Shown here piece after piece: positions 55,413 to 63,584 of a stretch of 64,000 nucleotides of DNA. Both the position numbers and the translations under genes were made by a program. Under the pieces are notes generated by a model that made no database searches, had not been told where the DNA came from, and saw only the letters and a list, made by a program, of their open reading frames with translations. Origin of the DNA: Eubacteriales bacterium (lineage in GTDB: Bacteria > Bacillota > Clostridia > Oscillospirales > SIG627); the NCBI GenBank assembly GCA_045660745.1, contig JAZREJ010000014.1:10342-74341 (forward strand). The letters run 5' to 3'. The first letter of the stretch is position 1. Every line of letters begins with the position of its first letter.

Positions 55413-55493
55413 CGAATCCCTACATTATTACACAAAAAAGAAGTACTCCTGTTGGAGTACTTCTTTTTTTGTGGGGTGAGTGATGGGATTCGA
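55413..55493. repeat. 81-bp direct repeat, copy A (3' 22 nt of tRNA-His + terminator + 21 nt)
   Basis: Base-for-base identical to 55601-55681. Contains TGGGGTGAGTGATGGGATTCGA, the complement of the tRNA-His T-loop to CCA end, but no upstream tRNA body. Confidence 0.9.
55434..55470. terminator. bidirectional terminator hairpin (repeat copy A), likely terminates the AlkD-like gene
   Basis: A6 - AAGAAGTACTCC - TGTT - GGAGTACTTCTT - T7. Confidence 0.75.
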
Positions 55494-55550
55494 CGCGTAT
55501 TGCATCGCAATCCGCACTGCTCAACCTAAAGGTTTCGCACCTTTTACCTG

Positions 55551-55573
55551 AAAACAGTCCCCCGGACTGTTTT
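55551..55573. other. perfect 10-bp hairpin in the unique segment between the two repeat copies
   Basis: AAAACAGTCC - CCC - GGACTGTTTT. The T/A tracts form part of the stem on both strands. Confidence 0.6.
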
Positions 55574-55600
55574 CTTTACGGTAAAAGCCCCCTTGGGCTT

Positions 55601-55681
55601 CGAATCCCTACATTATTACACAAAAAAGAAGTACTCCTGTTGGAGTACTTCTTTTTTTGTGGGGTGAGTGATGGGATTCGA
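55601..55681. repeat. 81-bp direct repeat, copy B (overlaps the true 3' end of tRNA-His)
   Basis: Identical to 55413-55493, with a 188-bp offset. Confidence 0.9.
55622..55658 (-). terminator. intrinsic terminator of the tRNA operon (repeat copy B)
   Basis: Same hairpin as in copy A, immediately 3' of the tRNA-His CCA end. Confidence 0.8.
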
Positions 55682-55737
55682 ACCCACGGCCTTCAGGGCC
55701 ACAACCTGACGCTCTAACCAACTGAGCTACACCCACC
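55660..55737 (-). tRNA. tRNA-His (GTG)
   Basis: Manual fold of the reverse complement: G(-1) GTGGGTG TA GCTC AGTTGGTT AGAGC G TCAGG TTGTGGC CCTGA AGGCC GTGGG TTCGAAT CCCAT CACTCAC C CCA. It has an extra 5' G and an encoded CCA. Confidence 0.9.
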
Positions 55738-55743
55738 ATATCG

Positions 55744-55820
55744 TGGCGCGCTTGGAGAGACTCGAACTCCCGACCTACTGCTTAGAAGGCAGTTGCTCTA
55801 TCCGGCTGAGCTACAAGCGC
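55744..55820 (-). tRNA. tRNA-Arg (TCT)
   Basis: Manual fold: GCGCTTG TA GCTC AGCCGGAT AGAGC A ACTGC CTTCTAA GCAGT AGGTC GGGAG TTCGAGT CTCTC CAAGCGC G CCA. Confidence 0.9.
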
Positions 55821-55833
55821 ATAAAGAAAAAAA

Positions 55834-55907
<74 letters not shown>

Positions 55908-55928
55908 AACTATTTATTTTGCCTGTAT

Positions 55929-55957
55929 ATAATATCACTTTTTTTCTGAGTTGTCAA
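55929..55957 (-). promoter_or_regulatory. sigma-A-type promoter of the tRNA Gly-Arg-His operon
   Basis: Reverse strand: TTGACA (55957-55952), 17-nt spacer, TATTAT (55934-55929). About 20 nt upstream of tRNA-Gly. Confidence 0.65.
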
Positions 55958-56045
55958 CACCTAATTTTAACTTTTTTTAAAAAAATTGAAAAATTTAAAA
56001 AATTAACATTTTTACACATATTTTCAATCGTTTTTTTATTACTTC

Positions 56046-56074
56046 TTGACAAATGGACAAAAAAGTTGTAAAAT
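56046..56074 (+). promoter_or_regulatory. sigma-A-type promoter of rny
   Basis: TTGACA (56046-56051), 17-nt spacer, TAAAAT (56069-56074). Confidence 0.6.
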
Positions 56075-56140
56075 ATATGATGAATGATTATATATTTTTA
56101 TATAATCGTTTAAATATAAATATAAGGAGGTGCTTGAAAC

Positions 56141-57691
56141 ATGACAACCATCGAAATCGTGATTTGCATCGTGGCGGCTCTCGTGTCAATTTTTGTAGGC
56201 GTTGTTATCGGTATCGTTTACCGCAAAAAGGTAGGCGAAGCGAAAATCGGTTCAGCCGAGGAAGAAGCAGTAAAAATTGTCGAAGATGCCCGTAAGGAAG
56301 CAGAACGCTTGAAGAAGGAAGCTCTTGTCGAGTCTAAGGAAGAAATTTTGAGAAACAAGGCTGAGGCAGACCGTGAAGTTAAGGAACGCCGTGCCGAAGT
56401 ATTTAAGCTCGAAAAGAGAGCCATTCAAAAGGAAGAAAATCTTGACCGCAAGATGGAAAACCTTGAGAAGAAAGAAGAAGCGCTCGCGGAAAAAATCCGC
56501 AAGAATCAAGAGATTGAAGAAGAGCTTGTTACCATCAAGGAAAAACAACTCAAGACTCTTGAAGAGTATGCAGGACTCACCGCAGAAGAAGCGAAGGCGA
56601 AGCTCGTTGAGCAGATTGAAGCAGAGGCTAAGCACGAGGCAGCTATCAAGCTTGCTGAGATTGAACAGAACCTCAAGGACGATTCTGAAGAAAAAGCGAG
56701 AAACATTATTTCCCTTGCCGTTCAGCGCTGTGCATCCAACCAGATATCAGAGGTTGCGGTATCTGTTGTTCCCCTTCCCAATGACGATATGAAGGGAAGA
56801 ATTATCGGACGCGAAGGACGCAACATCCGTACCATTGAAACTCTTACAGGCGTTGATCTTATCATTGACGATACCCCCGAAGCAATCACACTGTCAAGTT
56901 TCGACCCCATGCGACGCGAAGTTGCAAGGCTGTCTATTGAAAAGCTTATTGCCGACGGACGTATCCATCCGGCAAGAATCGAAGAAATTGTTGAAAAGAG
57001 CAAAAAAGAAGTTGAAGCCATTATTAAGAAAGAGGGCGAAAATGCACTCATCGAAACAGGCGTTCACGGAATTAACGGTGAGCTTGTAAGGCTTCTCGGA
57101 AGACTCAAGTACAGAACGAGCTACGGTCAGAACGTACTCATGCACTCCATTGAGGTTGCACATATTGCAGGTATGATGGCAGATGAGCTCGGAATTGATG
57201 CAAATCTTGCAAGACGTGCAGGACTTCTCCACGATATCGGCAAGGCGCTCAACCACGAGGTTGAAGGCTCACACGTTCAGATTGGTGTGGATCTTGCCAA
57301 GAAATACCGTGAAAACCGCGAGGTCATCCACGCTATTGAAGCACATCACGGAGACGTTGAAGCTCAGACTGCTGTTGCTGTCCTTGTTCAGGCGGCAGAC
57401 GCATTGTCGGCAGCCCGTCCCGGTGCAAGACGTGAAAACCTTGAAAACTACATCAAACGTCTTGAAAAGCTTGAAGAGATCGCTACAAGCTTTGAAGGAG
57501 TTGAAAAATCGTTTGCGATACAAGCAGGCCGTGAGCTTCGTCTTATGGTTAAGCCTGAAATCGTTAACGATGAAAACATGATACTTATCGCAAGGGACAT
57601 CGTTAAGCGCATAGAAAATGAGCTTGAATATCCCGGTCAGATCAAGGTAAATGTAATTCGCGAAAGCCGAACTGTTGAATACGCTAAATAA
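56141..57691 (+). CDS. rny: ribonuclease Y
   Basis: N-terminal TM helix, a coiled coil, a KH domain ([12 protein letters not shown]) and an HD domain (LLHDIGKA...HHGD). Confidence 0.95.
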   Translation: MTTIEIVICIVAALVSIFVGVVIGIVYRKKVGEAKIGSAEEEAVKIVEDARKEAERLKKEALVESKEEILRNKAEADREVKERRAEVFKLEKRAIQKEENLDRKMENLEKKEEALAEKIRKNQEIEEELVTIKEKQLKTLEEYAGLTAEEAKAKLVEQIEAEAKHEAAIKLAEIEQNLKDDSEEKARNIISLAVQRCASNQISEVAVSVVPLPNDDMKGRIIGREGRNIRTIETLTGVDLIIDDTPEAITLSSFDPMRREVARLSIEKLIADGRIHPARIEEIVEKSKKEVEAIIKKEGENALIETGVHGINGELVRLLGRLKYRTSYGQNVLMHSIEVAHIAGMMADELGIDANLARRAGLLHDIGKALNHEVEGSHVQIGVDLAKKYRENREVIHAIEAHHGDVEAQTAVAVLVQAADALSAARPGARRENLENYIKRLEKLEEIATSFEGVEKSFAIQAGRELRLMVKPEIVNDENMILIARDIVKRIENELEYPGQIKVNVIRESRTVEYAK

Positions 57692-57770
57692 GCGGTGAAT
57701 ATATTAACATAAATCTAAAGAGAAAATATTATATTTATATTAAGATATAGCCGATTGTTCGGAAAATCAA

Positions 57771-57809
57771 AAAGAGAGGTTTTTACATACGTTAAAACCT
57801 CTCTTTTTT
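57771..57809 (+). terminator. intrinsic terminator after rny
   Basis: 13-bp stem AAAGAGAGGTTTT/AAAACCTCTCTTT followed by further T residues. Confidence 0.8.
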
Positions 57810-57835
57810 AAAGAACACCCGCAAAGGAGCGCTTT

Positions 57836-58618
57836 ATGTCAAAAATTCGTATTTTAACCCTCGGAGACGTTGTTGCTGACACTGGTTGTGCAATGATCAG
57901 AGAACGCCTTTGGGATATCCGAAAAAGAGAAAAGCTTGATGCAGTCATAATAAACGGTGAAAACTCCGCTGTCGGCAACGGGGTCGATAAGGTGTCTGCC
58001 GACACGCTTTTTGCGGCAGGAGCGGACGTGCTCACTACAGGGAATCACGTATGGAGAAAAAAAGGGATAGAGTCGCTCCTTGAATCCGGGGCTGCCATTC
58101 TCCGCCCTGCAAACTATCCCGAGCCCTGCGCGGGAAACGGATATACGATAATAGACTGTAGGGGCTACAGACTTCTCGTCATCTCGCTACTCGGGACAGT
58201 ATTCATGGACCCGATGGACTCCCCTTTCCGCACTCTTGAAAAGATACTTGAGCGTGAAGACGGCAATTTCGATATTTCTGTGGTAGATTTTCACGCTGAG
58301 GCTACAAGCGAAAAAATAGCTCTCGCTCTTCACATTGACGGAAAAGTTTCTGCTGTTTTCGGAACGCACACGCACGTTCAGACAAACGATGCGCGAGTGC
58401 TCCCGCATGGCACGGGCTTTATAACCGATGCGGGAATGACGGGAGTTGAAGACTCGGTTCTCGGTCTTGATGCAGAGCTTATGATAAAAAAATTCTTAAC
58501 GAAAATTCCTCAGTATCACAACGTTGCAAAAGGAAAAATCTCAATGCACGGCGCGATATTTGAGCTTGATACAGACACAGGAAAATGTATTTTTGCAGAA
58601 ACCTTCAAGGAGTATTGA
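57836..58618 (+). CDS. ymdB: TIGR00282-family metallophosphoesterase (YmdB-like 2',3'-cyclic-nucleotide phosphodiesterase)
   Basis: IRILTLGDVV...NGENSA...TTGNHVW...DFHAEATSEK...GTHTHVQTND. Conserved position after rny. Confidence 0.88.
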   Translation: MSKIRILTLGDVVADTGCAMIRERLWDIRKREKLDAVIINGENSAVGNGVDKVSADTLFAAGADVLTTGNHVWRKKGIESLLESGAAILRPANYPEPCAGNGYTIIDCRGYRLLVISLLGTVFMDPMDSPFRTLEKILEREDGNFDISVVDFHAEATSEKIALALHIDGKVSAVFGTHTHVQTNDARVLPHGTGFITDAGMTGVEDSVLGLDAELMIKKFLTKIPQYHNVAKGKISMHGAIFELDTDTGKCIFAETFKEY

Positions 58619-58619
58619 A

Positions 58620-59639
58620 ATGCTGTACTTTGAAAGCGATTACATGGAAGGCGCGCACCCCAAGGTGCTTGAAGCGCTCATAAAAACAAATCTTGAGCAT
58701 CTTTCGGGATACGGCAACGACCGCTATACCGAATCAGCAAAAGAAAAGATACGAAAAGAAATAAAAGACTCCTCCGCCGAAATAGAGTTTATTACGGGAG
58801 GAACCCAGACAAACAGAGTTGTCATATCCTCAATACTTGAGCCTTACGAGGGGGTCATCGCCGCTGACAGCGGACACGTCGCAGTACACGAGGCGGGCGC
58901 GATAGAGTCAAGCGGTCACAAGGTCATAACCCTCCCTCACACCGACGGAAAGCTGTCGGCAAAAGCGGTGCGTACCTGTCTTGAGGATTTTTATAATGAC
59001 GATAACCGCTCACACATGGTACATCCCGGAGCAGTCTATATTTCTCATCCGACAGAATACGGAACGCTTTATTCTAAAGAAGAGCTTGAAAACCTGTATT
59101 CCGTATGCCGTGAGTACGATATACCTCTTTATCTTGACGGTGCTCGACTCGCTTACGCTCTTGCAAGCCCCGAAAACTGCCTGTCGCTTGCTGACATTTA
59201 TTCTCTTACCGACGTTTTTTATATTGGTGGCACAAAGTGCGGAGCACTCTGCGGCGAAGCAGTGGTGTTCAAAAAAGCCCCCAAGAACTTTATGACACGC
59301 ATAAAGCAACAGGGAGCGCTTCTTGCCAAAGGCAGACTTCTCGGTGTACAATTTGATGCACTTTTTACAGATGGTCTTTATTACACGGTAGGAAAGAATG
59401 CCTCCGAGACAGTTGCAAGACTTGTGGAAATATTAAAGGAAAAGAATTACAGATTCTTTATCAACTCCCCCACAAACCAACAGTTTGTAATAGTCGAAAA
59501 CACTCACGCAAAAGAGCTTTCGAAAAAGGTAAAGTATTGCTTTATCGAAAAATTCGACGACACTCACAGTGTCATTCGTTTTGTCACAAGCTGGGCAACG
59601 GATATTGCGGACGTTGAAAGTCTTAAAAACATTTTATAA
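58620..59639 (+). CDS. low-specificity threonine aldolase-like PLP-dependent enzyme
   Basis: Trimmed to MLYFESDYMEGAHPKVLEAL (AAGGAG upstream). GGTQTN, ...GGTKCG (PLP lysine region). Confidence 0.65.
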   Translation: MLYFESDYMEGAHPKVLEALIKTNLEHLSGYGNDRYTESAKEKIRKEIKDSSAEIEFITGGTQTNRVVISSILEPYEGVIAADSGHVAVHEAGAIESSGHKVITLPHTDGKLSAKAVRTCLEDFYNDDNRSHMVHPGAVYISHPTEYGTLYSKEELENLYSVCREYDIPLYLDGARLAYALASPENCLSLADIYSLTDVFYIGGTKCGALCGEAVVFKKAPKNFMTRIKQQGALLAKGRLLGVQFDALFTDGLYYTVGKNASETVARLVEILKEKNYRFFINSPTNQQFVIVENTHAKELSKKVKYCFIEKFDDTHSVIRFVTSWATDIADVESLKNIL

Positions 59640-59888
59640 TTTAAAAAACCGACCTTTAGCAATTTTTCACGCACCTATTCTTGACAAATGCTATAACGAT
59701 ACAGAGAACTTGTACAAGTGAGTAAATTCATGAAAGTGAAAACTTATAATCAACAAAAATTTCGTTGTTGGAAAGATTGATTAAAGACTTTACGACTCGT
59801 TTATTGAGCGCACAGATCGTGCCGTATACAACGGAAGATATGAGCCGAATTGCGAAATAAGCGACACTTTTGGTATATGTAGGCAAAA

Positions 59889-59920
59889 GAAAACGCATGA
59901 CATTTATGTCATGCGTTTTC
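59889..59920. terminator. bidirectional terminator hairpin overlapping the stop codon of the 151-aa membrane protein gene
   Basis: 13-bp stem GAAAACGCATGAC/GTCATGCGTTTTC. The TGA stop of the minus-strand gene lies inside the stem. Confidence 0.7.
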
Positions 59921-60364
59921 TTTGTCTTCATCAAGAACCTTTATGTCTTCTTCTTTTTTCTTGTCTTCGGTATCTGATTTTGCCTCACTCTTCTTAATGG
60001 GCGTCTGAATAAACTTAGATATTGCGAAGATGCCCCAATAAATGACAACAAAGAGAGCGGCTCCGACAAACATCTGTGCCGCACTTCTTTCGGTCACGGT
60101 AAGAATGTGCCAAACATACCCGATAGAAGAAACTATAAAATGCATAATCGCGGAAACGGTGACATGAAGTTTCTTTATGAGATAAAAAACTGATGCCACG
60201 CCAACCATAAACGAAAAATAAAAGAATGAAAGAACAACGTCTCTTGTAATCATAAACGTTCTTTCGTCGCTCATAATAAGCACTCCGAAAATGAGCATAA
60301 CTGCTGTAAACACAAGTGCAGTATCGCACATGATACGGTATATCGCTTTTAAAATTTTCGCCAT
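59909..60364 (-). CDS. small 4-TM membrane protein, unknown function
   Basis: Trimmed to MAKILKAIYRIMCDTALVFTAVMLIF. Four predicted TM helices and a charged Lys/Glu/Asp-rich tail. Confidence 0.5.
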   Translation of the reverse strand: MAKILKAIYRIMCDTALVFTAVMLIFGVLIMSDERTFMITRDVVLSFFYFSFMVGVASVFYLIKKLHVTVSAIMHFIVSSIGYVWHILTVTERSAAQMFVGAALFVVIYWGIFAISKFIQTPIKKSEAKSDTEDKKKEEDIKVLDEDKENA

Positions 60365-60452
60365 ATTATCCTCCAAAATAACACTTTTTCTTGATTATAT
60401 AACGAAAGGCGGAAAAAATCAAGGTGATTTTATTAAAAAAAGGCTGTTTTTA

Positions 60453-60481
60453 TTGACAAAGACTGCTTTTTTATATATAAT
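60453..60481 (+). promoter_or_regulatory. consensus sigma-A promoter of the galU operon
   Basis: TTGACA (60453-60458), 17-nt spacer, TATAAT (60476-60481). Confidence 0.7.
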
Positions 60482-60525
60482 TATAAGTAAGTTTGTTCCA
60501 CTGCACACTTATAAGGAGTATAACA

Positions 60526-61398
60526 ATGCAAAAGATAACAAAAGCCGTCATCCCCGCAGCCGGTCTTGGTGTGAGAATGTTGCCCGCCGCAAAAGCTGTT
60601 CCAAAGGAAATGATGTCCATTGTAGATAAACCCGCAATGCACTATCAAATAAAAGAGGCAGTTGATTCCGGAATCACGGATATACTTATAATAACAAACC
60701 GAGGAAAGGGCGCAATCGAGGATTATTTCGACTATTCTCCGGAATACGAGAAAAAGCTCATTCAGTCGGGCAAGGAAGACCTTCTGAGAGAAATAAACGA
60801 GATTGCCGAAATGGCAAACATCACATATCTCCGACAGAAAGCTCCCAAGGGACTCGGTCACGCCGTATGGTGTGCAAAGAGCTTTGTAGGTAACGAGCCT
60901 TTTGCCGTACTTTACGGAGACGATATAATCGAGTCGGACGTTCCAACCACAGGCGAGCTTATCAAAATATACGAGAAGTACGGAAAGCTTACAGTCGGCG
61001 TACACGAAGTTACACGCGAGCAAATTGTTAAGTATTGCTCACTTGATGCAACCGAGGTGGAAAAGGACATATACGTCTGCCGCGACATGATAGAAAAGCC
61101 ATCACCCGACAAGATACTCTCCTGTCTTTCTATTCTCGGCAGAGTTGTACTGCCGCCCGAGATTTTCTCTATTCTCGAAAATCAGGCACCCGGTGCGGGC
61201 GGAGAAATTCAGCTTACCGACGCTATGGCACAAATAGCACGCCGTGATTCGGTCATGGCATACAAATATCCCGGCATCCACCACGATATGGGCTCCAAGC
61301 TCGGACTTCTCAAGGCAAACGTTACCTATGGCGTAAAGCATGATGAGATAGGCGAGGATTTCAAGTCCTGGCTTCGTGAGTTCGTTAAAAATATTTAA
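60526..61398 (+). CDS. galU: UTP--glucose-1-phosphate uridylyltransferase
   Basis: Trimmed to MQKITKAVIPAAGLGVRMLPAAKAVPKEM. ...LRQKAPKGLGHAV...YGDD. Confidence 0.92.
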   Translation: MQKITKAVIPAAGLGVRMLPAAKAVPKEMMSIVDKPAMHYQIKEAVDSGITDILIITNRGKGAIEDYFDYSPEYEKKLIQSGKEDLLREINEIAEMANITYLRQKAPKGLGHAVWCAKSFVGNEPFAVLYGDDIIESDVPTTGELIKIYEKYGKLTVGVHEVTREQIVKYCSLDATEVEKDIYVCRDMIEKPSPDKILSCLSILGRVVLPPEIFSILENQAPGAGGEIQLTDAMAQIARRDSVMAYKYPGIHHDMGSKLGLLKANVTYGVKHDEIGEDFKSWLREFVKNI

Positions 61399-61413
61399 AA
61401 AACGGAGTAAGTT

Positions 61414-61908
61414 ATGTCGACACAGAGACCTGATAAGATCAACTATTACCTTGATATCGCCCAAGCTGTTGCCCTCCGCGGAACCTGTATACGTCGCAAG
61501 TTCGGTGCGATAATCGTTAAAAACGACAGCATCATTTCCACAGGCTATGCAGGAGCGCCCAGAGGACGCAAAAACTGTTGTGATCTTCAGTACTGTCAGA
61601 GGGAAAAGCTCAATATCCCGCGAGGCGAACGCTATGAGCTTTGCCGTTCGGTGCACGCCGAGGCAAACGCCATCATCGCAGCAAGTCGCGAGAATATGAT
61701 AGGCTCCACCCTATTTCTTGCATGCATCGACTACAAAACAGGCGAGCTTGCAATCGGTACGAGCCCTTGCCAGATGTGCCGACGTATGATAATCAACGCA
61801 GGAATTGAGACGGTCGTGGTGCGTGACACCGAGACCGAGTACAGAACAATTACTGTTTCCGACTGGATAGATAACGATGACAGCCTGGACGGAAGCTTCG
61901 GTTATTGA
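61414..61908 (+). CDS. dCMP deaminase family protein (ComEB-like)
   Basis: Zinc-binding motifs HAEANAI and PCQMCRRMIINAG are present. Confidence 0.85.
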   Translation: MSTQRPDKINYYLDIAQAVALRGTCIRRKFGAIIVKNDSIISTGYAGAPRGRKNCCDLQYCQREKLNIPRGERYELCRSVHAEANAIIAASRENMIGSTLFLACIDYKTGELAIGTSPCQMCRRMIINAGIETVVVRDTETEYRTITVSDWIDNDDSLDGSFGY

Positions 61909-61909
61909 A

Positions 61910-62329
61910 ATGGAGTCCTGCCACGTCGAAGATGTGGCAAGACTTGAAGAAGAGTGTTTTTCATCTCCTTGGTCAGCGAAGGCGCTTGAAGAATCAGCCT
62001 TCCGTGACGATACACTTTTCCTCGTTGCCCAAAAAGACGGAGTGATTGCAGGATACGTTGGTGCGTATCTTTCACCCGATTCGGCAGACATCACAAACGT
62101 TGCGGTATTTAAAAATCACCGAAGAGAAGGAGTGGCAAAGCTTTTAATGACGGAATTTATCCGCCGTGTAAAAGAGAAGGCTCTACCCGTAATAATCCTT
62201 GAGGTCAGAGCGTCAAACACTCCCGCAATCAGCCTTTATGAAGGATTAGGATTTAAAAACGCAGGCATCCGACGCGGTTTCTATACACTTCCGCGCGAGG
62301 ATGCTTACATAATGACATTGGAAATCTAA
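61910..62329 (+). CDS. rimI: ribosomal-protein-alanine N-acetyltransferase RimI
   Basis: Trimmed to MESCHVEDVARLEEECFSSPWS. GNAT motif VFKNHRREGVAKLL. Sits upstream of tsaD. Confidence 0.85.
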   Translation: MESCHVEDVARLEEECFSSPWSAKALEESAFRDDTLFLVAQKDGVIAGYVGAYLSPDSADITNVAVFKNHRREGVAKLLMTEFIRRVKEKALPVIILEVRASNTPAISLYEGLGFKNAGIRRGFYTLPREDAYIMTLEI

Positions 62330-62340
62330 GAGGTCTTACC

Positions 62341-63351
62341 TTGAAAATACTTGCTATAGAATCATCCTGTGATGAAACTTCGGCTGCCGTTGTTGAAGAC
62401 GGCCGCCGAGTTTTGTCCTGTAAAATACTTTCACAAATAGATATACACAAGCGTTTTGGCGGAGTTGTGCCCGAGATAGCCTCTCGCGCACACGTTGAAG
62501 CGGTGGTCCCTCTGACGAGAGAAGCGCTCAGTGATGCCGGTATTTCGCTTGATGAAATAGATGCCGTAGCCGTCACATACCGCCCCGGACTTATAGGTGC
62601 GTTGCTTGTAGGTGTCAATTTTGCCAAAAGCCTTGCCTATGCGACAGACAAGCCACTTGTTGGCGTCAACCACATAAGAGGGCACGTTGCGGCAAATTAT
62701 ATCGCCTCCCCCGACCTCAAGCCTCCGTTTCTTGCAATGGTAATATCCGGAGGTCACACATCTCTTTTGTACGTCAAGGATTACACCGAATACGAAACTA
62801 TAGGCATAACCCGTGACGATGCCGCAGGAGAAGCCTTCGACAAGGTAGCGCGAGTTATGGGACTTTCCTACCCCGGAGGCGCGGAAATGGACAGGCTCGC
62901 ATCCCTCGGAGACGCATCAAGCATTCCTCTCCCCAGAGCAGTTGTTAAGGATGCCCCTTATGACTTTTCCTATTCAGGACTTAAAACAGCGGTAGTCAAC
63001 CATCTGCACAAGCTTGATCAAAACGGCACTCCTTACAAAAAAGAGGACGTTGCCGCCTCCTTCACGCTTGCCGTATGCGACAGCATTACCGACAGACTCT
63101 CCCACGCAATAAACGATTTTCATCCACCCGCCCTTGTGCTTGCGGGAGGAGTCAGTGCCAACTCTCACATAAGAGAAGCGGTAAAGAAGCTTTGCGACAA
63201 AAAGAAATGCAATCTTTATATGCCGCCCCTCTCTCTTTGCGGAGATAATGCGGCGATGATAGCAGCACAAGGATATTACGAAATTTTGAGTGGAAATCTT
63301 GCCGATATCCGACTAAATGCGATGCCGACAGGTGACAAATTCGTAAATTAA
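62341..63351 (+). CDS. tsaD: tRNA N6-adenosine threonylcarbamoyltransferase TsaD
   Basis: TTG start. (M)KILAIESSCDETSAAVV..., NHIRGHV, SGGHT, GGVSAN. Confidence 0.93.
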   Translation: MKILAIESSCDETSAAVVEDGRRVLSCKILSQIDIHKRFGGVVPEIASRAHVEAVVPLTREALSDAGISLDEIDAVAVTYRPGLIGALLVGVNFAKSLAYATDKPLVGVNHIRGHVAANYIASPDLKPPFLAMVISGGHTSLLYVKDYTEYETIGITRDDAAGEAFDKVARVMGLSYPGGAEMDRLASLGDASSIPLPRAVVKDAPYDFSYSGLKTAVVNHLHKLDQNGTPYKKEDVAASFTLAVCDSITDRLSHAINDFHPPALVLAGGVSANSHIREAVKKLCDKKKCNLYMPPLSLCGDNAAMIAAQGYYEILSGNLADIRLNAMPTGDKFVN

Positions 63352-63371
63352 TCGAGACTATTTTTACACAG

Positions 63372-63400
63372 AAAGTTTTCCACAGCCTGTGGAAAACTTT
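63372..63400. other. 29-bp perfect palindrome just after tsaD
   Basis: AAAGTTTTCCACAG-C-CTGTGGAAAACTTT. It may fold as a hairpin and/or act as a head-to-head protein-binding site. Confidence 0.8.
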
Positions 63401-63473
63401 GTTGGAAAACTCAATAAAATCCCTCAAACATAGGGATTTTCAGCTTATCAGCTGTGGAAAAGCCTGTGGATTA
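63376..63473. promoter_or_regulatory. cluster of four DnaA-box-like 9-mers (one mismatch each to TTATCCACA)
   Basis: TTTTCCACA 63376-63384; TGTGGAAAA 63388-63396 and 63453-63461; TGTGGATTA 63465-63473. Confidence 0.45.
63416..63440 (+). terminator. terminator-like hairpin after tsaD
   Basis: AAAATCCCT-CAAACAT-AGGGATTTT. The T-run is part of the stem. Confidence 0.45.
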
Positions 63474-63584
63474 TGTGTAAAACTCGTGATTTTTAATAAA
63501 ACAAGACTTTCAAGATTAATGACGAAAAATCATAATTTCACCAAAATAAGGTAAAAATAATACTACGAAATTAAGGAAATGAAG

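Noticed and set aside
55470-55493. Possible fourth tRNA / second tRNA-His
   Set aside because: Only the T-loop 3' half, acceptor 3' strand and CCA are present. The upstream sequence cannot form acceptor, D or anticodon arms, so this is a fragment (see the direct-repeat finding).
59640-59888. About 250-nt gap between the convergent aldolase-like and membrane-protein genes (tiny ORFs MKVKTYNQQKFRCWKD and a 27-aa ORF; 68-aa minus ORF 59728-59934)
   Set aside because: No convincing promoter/RBS combination or recognisable peptide or RNA motif, and the 68-aa ORF overlaps the neighbouring gene's terminator. It could hide an sRNA, but I cannot support that from sequence alone.
60481-61656. 180-aa and 184-aa minus-strand ORFs
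   Set aside because: Antisense to galU and the dCMP deaminase gene. No motifs, Cys/Leu-rich shadow composition.
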